NCBI GenBank assembly: GCA_045627285.1
Contig: JAZQNJ010000053.1
Span: forward strand, 39,190-103,189
Source: Treponema sp.
Lineage (GTDB): Bacteria; Spirochaetota; Spirochaetia; Treponematales; Treponemataceae
Direction: 5' to 3'
Length of the DNA stretch: 64,000 nucleotides
Part shown: positions 39,616 to 53,100 of the stretch, piece after piece
Numbering within the stretch: the first letter of the stretch is position 1
Layout: every line of letters starts with the position of its first letter
Translations under genes and position numbers: made by a program
The notes under the pieces: model-generated
What the model was told of the DNA's origin: nothing
What the model saw: only the letters and a program-made list of their open reading frames with translations
The model's database searches: none

Positions 39616-40896
39616 TTAATTTCTGATTTTTGAAATGAGTTCTGCGGCCAGGGCATCTTTCTGTTTTTTGGACAGGTCGGCTTCGCGGCTTAATCCGGCA
39701 AAAGGTGCATTTGTGGCGGCAATCCAGTAACGTGCATCATCGGCCTGTTTGTCTGGAGTACGGCAGTGGGCATTTGCCGGGGCAAGTCCTGTGGCACGAC
39801 TTAAAGTTTCCTGCATTTTGTCTGTGGTAAGTGTGTTTATAAGAAGGTTAATATTCTTGTTGTTTTTTAATGGCACTGCACAAACTACAGGAGCTGTAAA
39901 TGTTCTTGAGGCTGATGTATGTTCAGATGGTACATAAATTGAAGAAAATCGTGATGCAACGCCGGTTTCCATCTGTCTGTGCTGTTCCAGGGACATCATT
40001 GTTGTTACCGAAAGATTTGATTTAAGGAACACATTTACATCATTTTGTGAAAGTGAGAAGACATCGTTTGTAAGAAGTTTGTTTTCCCTTAACTGCTTGA
40101 GATAATTAACACCGGAGTATAGGCTTCCGTTATAACTTCCAGCCAGTTTATCTGCAAGTTCAATGGCATTGAATTTTTTATCTGCAGATTTTTTGATTTC
40201 TTCTGCGGCTTTTTTATAGGATTCTGGGCCATCCAGTGCTTCTGTCAGTGCACCAAGAATATCAAGAAACAGTCCGCTGTCTTTGCCTGCAAAAACTACT
40301 GGATATGTATAGTCTGCTTTTTTTGCATTATTGAATTTTACTATGTCATCCATAGTTTTAATTCCGTTAATTTTTGTTGATTTGAATGCTGCTGTGTGAA
40401 TATCGAATTCCAGGTTGCTGCAAAGTACAGGAACTGCCTTAACCTTTTTGCTTGACTTGTTATACACAGCTGTCTGCCTCATTGTAGATGTCATTTCCTG
40501 TAGCAATTCTGATGACACTGCGGCTTTAGAAGAGGCGTGTTTTACGGCAACATTTACAGGAGCACCTGAGAGTGTAAAGATAATAGAAGGATTTTGATTT
40601 TTTATCTGTTTTTCCAGAGTTTCACGAGAATCATATTCAACGAACTTGTGTTTGATGTTTTTTGATTGAAGTTCATCAGTGAGAACCTGTTGAAGTTTTG
40701 CGGTTGTGTTTTTTTCCATTCCGTAAAAAGCAATTACCGGTGGGTTGATGTAGCTTTTTACAGAAAGTCCTGCCCAAACCAGAAATAATATTCCTATTAC
40801 AGTGCTGACGATTATTTTGCTGCGTTTTGTAAGGTATTTTTCCTTTAAGCTGAGCAATGCGGTTTTAAGAGATGATTTGTTTGTTGTCTTTTTCAT
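39616..40896 (-). CDS. Membrane-anchored protein resembling an extracellular solute-binding protein
   Basis: Basic N-terminus plus one TM helix; loose SBP-like motifs (AVPVL, PVVFAGKD, QETLSRATGLAP). No ABC permease or ATPase nearby. Confidence 0.55.
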   Translation of the reverse strand: MKKTTNKSSLKTALLSLKEKYLTKRSKIIVSTVIGILFLVWAGLSVKSYINPPVIAFYGMEKNTTAKLQQVLTDELQSKNIKHKFVEYDSRETLEKQIKNQNPSIIFTLSGAPVNVAVKHASSKAAVSSELLQEMTSTMRQTAVYNKSSKKVKAVPVLCSNLEFDIHTAAFKSTKINGIKTMDDIVKFNNAKKADYTYPVVFAGKDSGLFLDILGALTEALDGPESYKKAAEEIKKSADKKFNAIELADKLAGSYNGSLYSGVNYLKQLRENKLLTNDVFSLSQNDVNVFLKSNLSVTTMMSLEQHRQMETGVASRFSSIYVPSEHTSASRTFTAPVVCAVPLKNNKNINLLINTLTTDKMQETLSRATGLAPANAHCRTPDKQADDARYWIAATNAPFAGLSREADLSKKQKDALAAELISKIRN

Positions 40897-40903
40897 ATTC
40901 TTA

Positions 40904-40930
40904 TTATCGGAAGAAAAGGCAGATATTTAA
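40904..40930 (-). promoter_or_regulatory. Sigma28-like promoter, leaderless
   Basis: Minus strand TAAA-N14-TCCGATAA-N7-ATG. Confidence 0.5.
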
Positions 40931-41052
40931 AAAATATGGTAAAAAAATATCAAAAAAGTCGAATTTTATGGTTCATTGGTTGAAATTTATGGACTTATAT
41001 AAAATATGAGTTAAAATTTCGGCAGGTTTACCCTTTAATAAATAACAAAATT

Positions 41053-41079
41053 TAAGTTTTTTTATTGTTGAGCCGATAT
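41053..41079 (+). promoter_or_regulatory. Sigma28-like promoter of giant lipoprotein 2
   Basis: TAAG-N15-GCCGATAT. Confidence 0.6.
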
Positions 41080-41109
41080 TTGAAAGTGGAAAAAACTTTG
41101 GAGGTCAGT

Positions 41110-44100
41110 ATGAACTTTATTAAAAAACACCTTTTTACAGCAGGCTTTGCAGCAATGTCAGTGTTTCTGGCTGTTGGAATTCTATCCTGCTCAGACCATG
41201 TAGGTTTAGGTGAATCTGTAGATACAAAGTCTCCTACAATTTCGATTGAATATCCTCCTGTAGCTTCAATCATCCGGGATAAGTTTGTTCTTGCCGGAAA
41301 ATGGAATGATGATAAAGGACTTAAAGAAATTCAGGTTACGGTTCTTAATACAAAAGACGGCTACAAACCTAAATCGGGTCATACTAATCCAGAAACATAT
41401 ACTGCCACAATAAAAGAAGATAAGACATGGCAGATTGAATTAAATGCAGAAGAGGAAGATGGATATCCTTTACTGGATGGTACTTACCAGATTACAGTTC
41501 AGGCTTTTGATAATGCCGGTAACGAGTCTGGTCAGACTTCCCGTGCTTTTGATATTGATAATACAGCTCCTGTATTCATTATTTCTAAACCAGGGGTAAC
41601 AGTTGAGGCCGTTCAGAACGATCACATGACTTCGTCGGCTTATGGTGCCCTCTTTAAGATTGACGGTACAATCGCTGATGATCACCTTGTTGACTCTATG
41701 GAAGTAACTGTTATTGATGCTGACGGAAATGAACATTCATTTACAGAAAAGAATATTTCAACAGCCGGTGGATCAAGTGTTACTTTTGCTCACTACCTGA
41801 CAGATAATCAGCTTGACAGTGCTAAAGAAGACAAAAAGGCCCTCCACAATAAGTACATGTCGATTATTGGGGACAGAAAGGGCGAAAACAAATACTCTTG
41901 TATTGTAAAACTTACTGATAACTCAAAGGTTTATATTAATCCTTCAAATGCTGACCGCAGTGCAGAGGTGATTGCAGCAGAAAGCAAAGGTAATGAAACT
42001 TCGGCTGTTTACCTTTATGATGATGTTTATACTGAACTCATGAGTGCCAACAAACTTGGACTCAGTGCAACTGATTTTAAAAATATTATTAATGGAAATG
42101 ATACTGAAACAGCTGCAAATTTGATTGACGGTGTTTCAGTTTATGACTTTTTAAAGAGTAAAGAAGTTAAAACTGACGCTTCAAATCTGTCAATGACATT
42201 GAATCCGGAGGCAGGTCCTACATATCAGATTAACGGGATGGAATTTGGAGAAACTCTCCAGTCAGCGTCAGCAGGTAACCCTGCATCTGTAACAATTTCT
42301 GCCGGTCTTGATGGTACTCTTGTTAATCCGGGCCTTGTAAAAATCTGGGTCAAAGAATATTCAGGTAATCCAGCAAACAGTGTTGAATCGGACATTGAAA
42401 ACCTTGTAAAAACACTTGATTCTAAAGAATACAAGAATTTTAAGTTTGTGCAGGCAAAAGTATCATTAAAGGAAGAAGGTGTTTCAAACGTTGATGGATG
42501 GGTTCTTGTACGTGACCTTGCAAAAAATGAAAAAGGGGAAACCCAGAATTCTGGATCTGTAGATACAGAAACTGTATCGGTAACACTGCCAGCAGGAATT
42601 GTTTTAAATAAATACTATGTTTTTGCTGTTACTGGTGCTGACCAGGACGGAATTCCGTTTAAACAGGACAGAATTTTCGGATTTATCGGAAACGAAGCCG
42701 GGGTTCCTCCGGTTATTAAAGTAACAGAACCTAAAAATCTTGCTATTAAAAATTCTTCTGACTCTCTCGTATTTAGCGGTTCATTATCAATTGATTCAGA
42801 ATCTCTTTATGTAGAAGAATTTAGTGCAACTCTTACTGTAACAGATGAAGATGCAGGATCAGCAATCGGTTCAAATAACTATTATGTAGCTGCAATTAAA
42901 GAAGATAAAGGTATAGCAGGACATTCTTCTTCGGCTAATGATGCACTTGTATGCAATGGTGAAAAAAAAGATGGTAAATGGTCATGGACATGGACATTTA
43001 CACCAAGCCTGCTGCCAAATTACCATAATGACGACGACAGAATCGTTGCTTCTGAGGGCTCAGGAAAATCTTATCTCTATACACTGGAACTTTATTCTAA
43101 ATCATCTTCTGGTCATGATATTACAGCTTCGACTAACGTTCATATTGATACTAAAAAGCCGGAAGTTAATGTTACATCGGTAACTCCATCTGTAGCCGGA
43201 AGCGATTTTGATGGTTCTAATGCCGCTTATCTTAACGGGGACATTACTGTAAAAGCCGTAATCGAAGAAACAAACCTTGCAGATTCAAGTGCAACTGATT
43301 CTGAAAAGGACGGTATTACATACGATATTCGGGCTAGAAAAGCAGTTTCTGAGGCACCTGAAATGACTGCCAGCGATTCTATTCTTTCTAAGCTTGCAGG
43401 TTTTAACGGAAAACTTAATAAGGCATATTCAACATCTCTGGATATTCCTACAAAAGAAATTACAAGTCTCTTTGCCACTGAAGGAGACCTTGATCCAAAA
43501 ATTGAAGTTGAAGTTGTATTCAGCGCAAAAGACAAAGCTGGAAACATTGGTACAGGTTCAACAAAAGAAGCAAATAATAAAGCAAACTTCATTATCTGGC
43601 AGAAGACTGACTATCCGAGAATCAGTCTTGGTAATGCTGATTATGAAATTACTGACAAAGAAAATATTCGTGAAGGTGCTAATCTCTTTGGTACTACAAA
43701 TAACAACAAGCTCGCTGTTTCATATACTGATGATGATGCACTTGATGCTTATGTTGTAGACATTTATTCAGACGATTATGATCCTTCTGTATCACAGGAA
43801 GATAATGCTTCAAAGAAAAAGAAATCAATTTCAGGTTCATCAAATAACTCTTCGGCTTCTCAGAATGCAACACTCCCAGAAGAAGAAGGAATTTATACTG
43901 TAATTATTACATGTACTGACGAATCTGGGCTTAAGAGCAAAGCCGGTCCATTTAAGGTTGCTGTAGATTCAGGTTCACCTGTTGTTACAGTAACATCTCC
44001 TGGAGATACATGGCTTAGCAGAGAAATCGATATTGATGGTACAGTTTCAAAAACAGCTGCAACAGTTGATGCAAAATTTGTTGATAAAGACGGAAATGAG

Positions 44101-47100
44101 ATAAATGTTGATAATGCTAAAATACATGTAATAAAGGCTGACGGCGAAAAGACATTCGGTGGTAAAATTACATATCCTCTTGGAACATCTGGCGAAAAAT
44201 ATGTAAAATTTATAGCTGAGGACAACTATGGTCAGAAAGCTTCTGTAATCAGACATTTCCAGATTGATGAACAGGAACCTGATATTAAGGATGCTGCTGA
44301 CAGTCTGGTTTCTCTTGATGATTCTCCGTATGCTACAGTTTCTGGATATGTATATGACAACATGACAGTTGCAAAGGTATACTATCAGATTACAGACACA
44401 GCCACTGCTCCTGCATTTACAGCTGCAACAGAAAGTCAATGGAAGGAACTTGTTCTTGGTTCTCCAAAAATTTACGAAGTTGATGGTAATGAAAGAGAAT
44501 ATCAGGGTTATACAGCTACTGTAAATCTTAAAAATTCTCCTTATTCCCTTACTGACGATGGCATTAAATATGCGTATATTGCTGCTAAAGATAATGCAGG
44601 TAACAGAACTGTCTGCCAGACTCCGGGTATTATTACAGTAGATGCTACACTTCCTGTAATCACTCTTAAATCAGACAATGATTCAACTGAGTTCAGCGAC
44701 AAAGATGAACTGCATACAAAAGCTGCGTCATATAAGATTAATGCTTATGTTACAGATACCAATGTTGATTCGCTTACTGTAAAAGATGAGTCCGGAAATG
44801 ATATTGCTGTGGGTAGCACAACAAATGTTACCGGTGGAAAAAAATATGAAATAAATCTTCCACTTAACAGTAAAGAAATGACAAAGGTTCTGACTTTCAG
44901 AGCTAAAGATACAAACAACCGTGATGCAAAAGATGTTAAGGTAACTGTAATCCGTGACAATATTGCTCCTGTGGTAACAATCCATACTTATGATGCTTTC
45001 TCTGCTTCAAAATCTATTGAACTTAAGGGTACAGTTACAGATGAACATTTCTCAAATTCTGCTGAATATCTTAAGGTTTATCTGATTCCTTCTGATCCTT
45101 TAAAAGTAAAAACCGGTTCTGTGGTATTTGAAAAAAATGAAGTAGCTCATTCATACAACTGGACTGCAAACTTTACCGGTCTGGAAGACATCAGTTATCA
45201 GATTGCTATTGTAGCAAAAGATACATTCGGAAATTACTCTGCATACTCAACAGACAATACTTACGTTGCAAAAGACGGTGATGGTAATGATCTCGTTACA
45301 AATTCTCTGACAGGAGCAGGTGTTTCTGTAGACTCTGAAGCTCCTGTTTCTACTATTACTCTTACTACTGCTAAAAAAGTACTTAACAAGGCAAGAGAAG
45401 CCGTACCAGGTCCAAGTCCTTATGCACTGGCATTTGGAGGTTCTTATTATACAAATGACAATGCACCTGTTCTTGGTGGCGTAATTACAGAAACAAACCT
45501 TGTAACTGACGGGGACAAGCCTGTTCTTAGAGTTTCGATTGATGGTGGACCAGTAAAAGATGTTGAATTTACAAGCGGCGGAATTTCTGCTGGATCATGG
45601 ACTTATGTTCCAAATGCTGCTGAAGGAACAAATGCCGACACCTCTTATGAATATACTCTTAAATTAAAAGACAATGCAGGAAACTCATTTGAAAAATCAT
45701 TTACAGTAATTATTGATACTAATAAGCCTCAGCTTACATTTACTTCTCCGGCAGAAGGCGAAAGCTTTGAATCTGCTCCATCGGCAAAGATTAACTTCTC
45801 TGATGACGGAGTTGGTATTAAAGATGTGAGTGTTAAGGTTTATAACATAACAGAGGGTAATACAGAAGTAAATTCTGCAAATTACACATTTACTAAGGGT
45901 AGTGCAACAGGTCAGTTAAAGTTTAAGGACAGCTACACTACTGAAGGTACTTTCAAAATTGAAGTTAGTGCTAAAGACTATCTTGATTTCCAGTCTGATG
46001 AAACAGATGATACAGTAAGAACAATTTATCTTGATACTGCAAAACCTGTATTAAAAGAAGACTCTGTTGGTAACAGTGGGCTTACAACAAAGGATTCATT
46101 TACTCTTTCTGGAACAATTACTGATACAAACGCTCTTTATAACAATGGCAGTGCAGATTCTGATGGAAAAACTCCTGTAACTGTTACTGTAACAAAGGAT
46201 GGCGATTCTGACATTGTAATAAACGTTCCTGTTACTATGAGCACTGTTTCCGGAAAGGAACATAAAGAAGGTACCTGGACATACACTTTTGTAACTGGAA
46301 GTGCAGAAGCTGCAGCTGGCCAGACAAAGCTCAGCGATGGTATTTACACATTTGCTATTGTTGGTACAGATGTGGCAAACAAAACTGTTCAGATGTCAAG
46401 AAGCGTTATAGTTGATACAGAAAAACCTTCTATTACATACACTCCAGCATTTGATGGTGCAAAGCCTTTCGTAACAACAACTCACAATGGCGGATGGTTT
46501 AAATCTAACAGTCTTAATTTTGAAGGAACTGCTTCAGATACTGACAATGGAACAGGTATTAACACTGTTGAATACAGTTATTCTACAAAAAATGCAGATT
46601 CATCTATAACATGGTCTGAATATACAGCATTTGCTGGAACAGGAACATGGAAAGGAAACGTTGAAAATCTTGTTTCAGGGGAATCACAGGTTAGAATCAG
46701 GGCAAAAGATAATGCTGGTAACTATTCTGATGTCGAGACTCTTGGTCCATGGAATATTGATACAACAGTTCCTGAGTTTAAAGACAATTCTTTAAAAGTA
46801 GGATTTGCAGCAGATTCTGTTGTACTTTCTTCTACATTCCTGGCAAATGGTACAAAAGATATTTATCTTGAATTTATTGTAAGCGATGCCGGTGGTTCCG
46901 GAGTAGCAGATGTTTATATTCGTCCAAAAGATGGATCAGCTCCAACAGCTGATGACAAAGTTACTACTGAAACAATTACAGATGAAGGTGAAGATAAAGG
47001 AAAGACTAAGTGTACGTTTAAAATGATTCATGAAAACGTACGCGGATCTGGTGCTGTATTTGCCCGTATTTACGATAATGCAGGTAATTATGCAGATGCA

Positions 47101-50100
47101 AGTTTGTTCTCTATTAATTTTGATAATGAAGGACCAGCTATTGTCCTTAACAAACCGGTTGATGCAGATTCATCTACTGATGTCGTTGAAGTAAACGGAA
47201 AAATCGCTTTAAGCGGTACAGGTACAGATAACAACACTCTGGCTTCAATTGACGAGATCCAGTATTCGACAAATGGTACAACATGGACAGCACTGGAAGG
47301 TGTAACAATTACTGGAAGCTATAGTTTTAATGTAGCTGGAGTGGATACAACAGTCCTTTCTGACAATACAGAATACTTCCTCCGTGCAAAAGGTACTGAT
47401 GACGCCGGTAATGAAGGATATTCAACTCCATTTATAGTTAAGGTTGATCAGAATACAGACAGACCTGTTGTTAAGTTCAACGAAATTGTTGGAGCTTCAG
47501 GATCTCTGAGAAAATATACATCTATTATTACTGGTTCAGTTTCTGATGATGACAGTGTAAGTGAATTTAAAGTTTATGCTTCAAGAAGTGCTCTTACAGC
47601 CGGTCAATTAAGTTCAATCGATTGGGATTCATTTAATCAGTCTGCTTACGGTAAACTTGGCTGGAAAGCAGGTGAAGCTTCATTTACTTTTGAACCGACA
47701 GATCAGAATGATGGTGAAATCTTTATTTACTTCTACCTGAAGGATTCTGAGGGCGGAACATTTATTACTGGAGCATCTGATACTCATAAGCAGCCTTATG
47801 TTGACTACAAGGATGACAAAGATGCTGAAAATAAAGAAATAGGTAAACTGAACAACAACACTGCAATTTCTTACAAGATTGACTCAAATCCTCCAACATT
47901 TGAAAAACGATACTACTTTGCAGGAACAAGTGCAGAGGTAGCAGCAAAGACAAATGACAAGATTACAACAGAAATTCCAAGTTCAATTACTATAGGTGGT
48001 ACAAAACAGCCTGTCGTTAAATTTGTAATTGAAGGTAAAGATGAAATTGGTCTTGGAGACATGACAGGAAGTCTGTCTCTCGTTGACGTTGCTCGTGCAG
48101 CTCCAATTCCTGTAGTATTTACACGTGTTACAGGTACAAACACATACACAGGTACTATTGATGTCAGTGAAATGGAGTCAGGAACATATTCTCTCGTAAT
48201 CTCATTGAAGGATATTTCTGACCTCCCTGCTACAACAACAATAACTGTAAACGTAGATAACAAAGCTCCGTCTGTAGAAGTCAGATCTCCTCTTAAAACA
48301 ACTCTCCTTACAGGTGATGTTACAGTAAGCGGTCAGCTGACAGATACATATTCTGAAATTACTAAGGTTAAGTATCTTGTAATGACAGATACCTATAAAA
48401 AAGACAGTGTAACTTATACTGATTCAAAACTTCGTCAGATTATGAACGAAGATATAGACCAGTATAACAGAGGAACTGAATATCTCTTTGAATTCCCATT
48501 TGATGGTGATACTTATGAAGTTGACGGTGAAAAACTGGTAAATCCAAAGCTTCCTGCAACTGCAAAAGAGCTGGAAAATTACAAAGAATTTACAGATGAC
48601 GGACAGATTTATAATCTTCCTGTTTATATTCTGGCAGAAGACAAACTTGGAAACTGGATTATTTACAAGGACTTCTATATTCACTACAACCCATACAGTG
48701 ACCGTCCTACAACAGAAATCCTTTATCCGGATCCTGCAAACAATACTCCAGACAAACAAAACCTGCTTTCTGGACAGATTCGTCTTAGTGGTTCTGCGGT
48801 AGATAACGTTTCTGTTAATTCTGTTTACTTCCAGATTCGTCCTGACACAGATGAATATAATTCTGCAAACGCAGATGATTTGTGGGGTACAAACGCAAAA
48901 ACTTGGGCTCAGCATGTATTTGGCACAGAAGCCATTAAAGTCCAGAACGATATTAATACAGGTGCCAACTTTGATGCAGACGACAAATTCTGGGGAATTA
49001 AGGCTTCTGGAAGTGCCAGCTGGTACTCTAACCTTAATACAGGCTACAACCTGCAGATTACAGAGAGTGGTTATTCAACTCAAATCGGTTCAACAGGAAC
49101 CTACAAAATTGCTGTTCGTGCTGTAGCCCTTGATAATAACGATACACTTGGTAACTGGAGTGTTCCTGTATCATTTACAATTGACCCTAATGCACCAAGT
49201 ATTGGTTCTGCATACTTCCCGCAGGTAGAAAAGAAAGATACTGCTGCCGGAATATCGGCTGATACACGCCTTGTACAAGGGGATCTTTATCTTAAAGACC
49301 AGTGGTATCTTGTAACTTCAGTTGAACACACAAACGGTATTTCCGAAATCAGTTATACTCTTTCTACAATTGATGGTAGCGGTGTTTCTTCTTCAACCCC
49401 GGAAGTTAAGATTGTATCGAATGGTTCTGAAGTTTCTGGAACAGCATTTAAGGCAGTTCAAAAATACTGGAAGACTGTAAACGGCGAAAAGGTAGAATGT
49501 AGCAGTACAGATCCTGCAAAGGAAACCAGCGGATATCTCATTACTGTTCCATTGAACACATCTACAGGTTCTGGTACACGAACCATTAAGATTGATGCAA
49601 AGGATGCTACAGGTGACAAGAAAGCAGGTTCAGCAACTTATTCATTCAAATATGATAACGAAGCTCCTGTAATCAGTAACCTGACACAGAATTCTACTTC
49701 ATTTACAAGTGGAGTAGGACTTACAAACAGCAACAACCAGCTTACTCTTGGTGCAACTGTTGAAGACTCGGTATCAGGGTTCAGTAAGGCTCTGTTCTAC
49801 TTCTATCGTGAAAGTGAAGCAGAGGGTAGCAAACATACCCGTCGTATTTACGATCCGTTTATTGGTGAATACACAGGTGATGATCCTGCAGCAAACCCTG
49901 CCCGTATTGATGTTACAGACGCATCTGGAAACCTTAAGACTGGAATTACAAAAGAAGAGCTTGGTGTTGCTGGACATACAGCTCCACTTTATGGTGTTAC
50001 AAAGACAGTTACAAAAACTGCAAACGTAGACAACTCTCTCTCATTTACTGGTGATGACATACATGTCCGCACAGGTGGAATTGTTAAAGTTGGTGATTCA

Positions 50101-53100
50101 TACCGCGTAATTAAGTCTAAGACTGTAAGCGGTGAAACAGTAACAGTAACATTCGCTCCAGACTGTAAGACTAACTTTACATCTGCATTCTTCCCTTATG
50201 CTCAGGTTGTAGACAATACAAGCACAGAAAAGGTAAGAAGCTTTACAAATACAGGTGTAACATTTGCAAACAACAGCGATGATGGTGACGGTATGCCGGA
50301 AAGTATTTCCGGTATGACAAACTCAAGAACATGGGAAGCTTCTATTCATGGTAACTGGATTCCTGACGGTGCCGTTACATTTGTAATGTTTGCATTTGAT
50401 GCTTCAGAAAATGTTGCAGCCACTACTCAGGATGCAATCATGGCAAACAACAGACCTCGTATTTCTAAGATCCACCTTGGTACTGATCTGGATGGAAATG
50501 ATTCATTCTCTGACTTTGAATTTGAAACATATAACCTGCTTGGTGTACAGGGAGCTTCTCAGGAAGTATTTGATCTGACAACAGCCGGATTTAAAACAAT
50601 GAACGGCACAGTTGCAGTTGAATCTACAAGAAGTGCATTCAAGATTAAGGATAAGCTTGCCGTAGTACCGGAATTTGTTGGTGGTAACGGACAGATTTAT
50701 CTTGTTTTCAATAACAATGATACTACAACTAGTCCAAATGCTGACGGTGAAACAGTTGATTCTCATCAGACTGGAACAATAGCTGCGGGCTTACGTACTG
50801 CCGGTACAATCAGCGGTACAAAAATTGCAGGTCGTCTTTATACTATCAGCTCAGGTGATGTAGGTGCTGATACAGCTGATAATGCAACCCGTGCAATGTC
50901 ATTTACATTCTGGGATTCAACAGACGAAATGACTGCCGGTACAGATTCTCAGTGGGCATTCCTCCGTGTTAAGGATATGAATGTAAAACAGAGCGACTCT
51001 GTTAGACCAAAGGCTGTAATTGATCCGTTCTTCTGGAATGGAATTAATGATAACTCAATTTATGGTTCTTCTACTGCAGAAACCATTGCAGATCTTAAGG
51101 GGCATATTGAACTGGAAGATGACTGGGCTGCTGTACCAGCTGCAGTAAAAGCACCTCTTGTAGCAAATCTTAAGGATGGCGATCCAAAGGTATCTGGAAA
51201 AATCAGTATCGTAGGTTCAGCATACGATGACTTCCGTATTACAGAACTGTATGCAGTAATTGATGGATTTACATTCAAGAATGCTGCAAATACAAGCGGC
51301 ATTGCGACAACTACTGTAGCTACAACTGAAAATGGAAATTCAGTTTCTCGTACAATGGTTAAACTTGCTGAGTATGCAAACGGAACATGGACACCTGTTG
51401 CAGGAGGAATGGATGCTTACGGCTGGAACTTTACAGTAACAGACGGCGGACTTGATCAGACTGGACACCGTGTAACATGGCAGCTTGACTGGGATACAAG
51501 TAAGATTTCTGGTATTGCCGGGCTTAACAAAGTTATTGGTATTGCAGCAAAAGATAAAGGCGGAAACTTTAGCTTTAAGGCAGCTTCTACTGCAACAGTA
51601 ACAGTTGATGGAATTGATGTTCTTGATACAAGTGAAGCTGTATACAACAAAGCTGAATATCAGGTAGATGTTGTACCGTATGTAACAGACGTTAAGACAG
51701 CTCTTTCTGCAAGAAAAGAAAACAACTGGTCTGTATACGGAAGGTCTGCTCTTGGAAGTTACATACTTAGTGATGCTGAAACAATTAAGATTTTCGGATT
51801 TAACCTTTACGATGGCTCAACAAATCCTGTTATTACAAATATGACATTGGTAGGTAACAGGGGAACAGCTTCTACTACCGCTGTTAAGGCTGTAACAAAG
51901 GATACAGATGCAATAATTACAACTGATGCTACCCATGGAGACTATATTATTGCTACAGTTGGTAATGGTCATACATCAACAGATCTTGCATTAACTGTAA
52001 GTGGTGTACCAATTATCAACAATTACAACAATAATAATGCTACGGGTACTTCAGGGGTAACTATAACAGAAACAGCAACTTACACATATGAAAACCTCAG
52101 AAAGAACGCTTATAACCGTCGTCCAAATAACGACAGTAATAACCGTTTGACAGATGATGTTAAGCTTGCTGTATGGCATTTTAATTCCAATGCAGCTGAA
52201 GTAAGAGATGCCGGTTTGTTAAAAGAACCTGTAATGAAGATTAACCCTATAAATAAGATTGTAGGATTCAGTTTTGTTAATGGTCCTATGGACTCTTCTA
52301 TGGCTAACGGTATGCAAAATTCTTACCAGCACTGGCAGAGTAACTATGCGGCATATCGAAACAGTATGTTCTGTTATGATGATAACGGTGACTCACATGG
52401 TCTTATGACAGGTATCGATACTAACGTAGATCAGGGTGGTCGCTTCTCTTATTATACAAGCCGATGGGGACCTAGTGGTACTAATGGAACAGGTGGTAAC
52501 TATGACGGTGTTAATGCTATTCGTCTGGAATCTATTGCTGCGCCAAAGATTGGTACAACTACACCATATGTAATTATGGAAGACAGATTCCATTCTGTTA
52601 GCATGGCTGTGTCTACTCATTACAGTATTCCAACTGTGTATATTGCATACTACGAAGATATCAATAAGCAGATTCGCTTTAGATATGGTACACAGAATGA
52701 TGTTGGAGCTACAAAAATTGCAGGAACTGTAACTGGAACTACATTCGGTACAAGTAATAATACAAGACTCGAAAATCAGAAGGTTTTATTACTTGATTCA
52801 AATTCTAAGGTAATCGGTTCTGCATACTTTGGTGCTCGCGGTGGTACAAATGGTAACAGACAATATGAAATGACAAACGTTTCATATAATGGAACAGTAG
52901 CTTATGCAGCAAGTATTGCAAAGAATAATTTTGGTCAGTTTGAGGATAACGTTAATGCTGATGGTGGAACAACTGGTGGTTCAGCAGGTTTCGAAGCCCA
53001 TACAAGAAACTACAGTGTTCTTGCCAGTGATACAACATCGATAAAATCTGGTGAATATGTTGATATTGCAGTTATTCCAGGGGCATCTACTGCACAGGAT

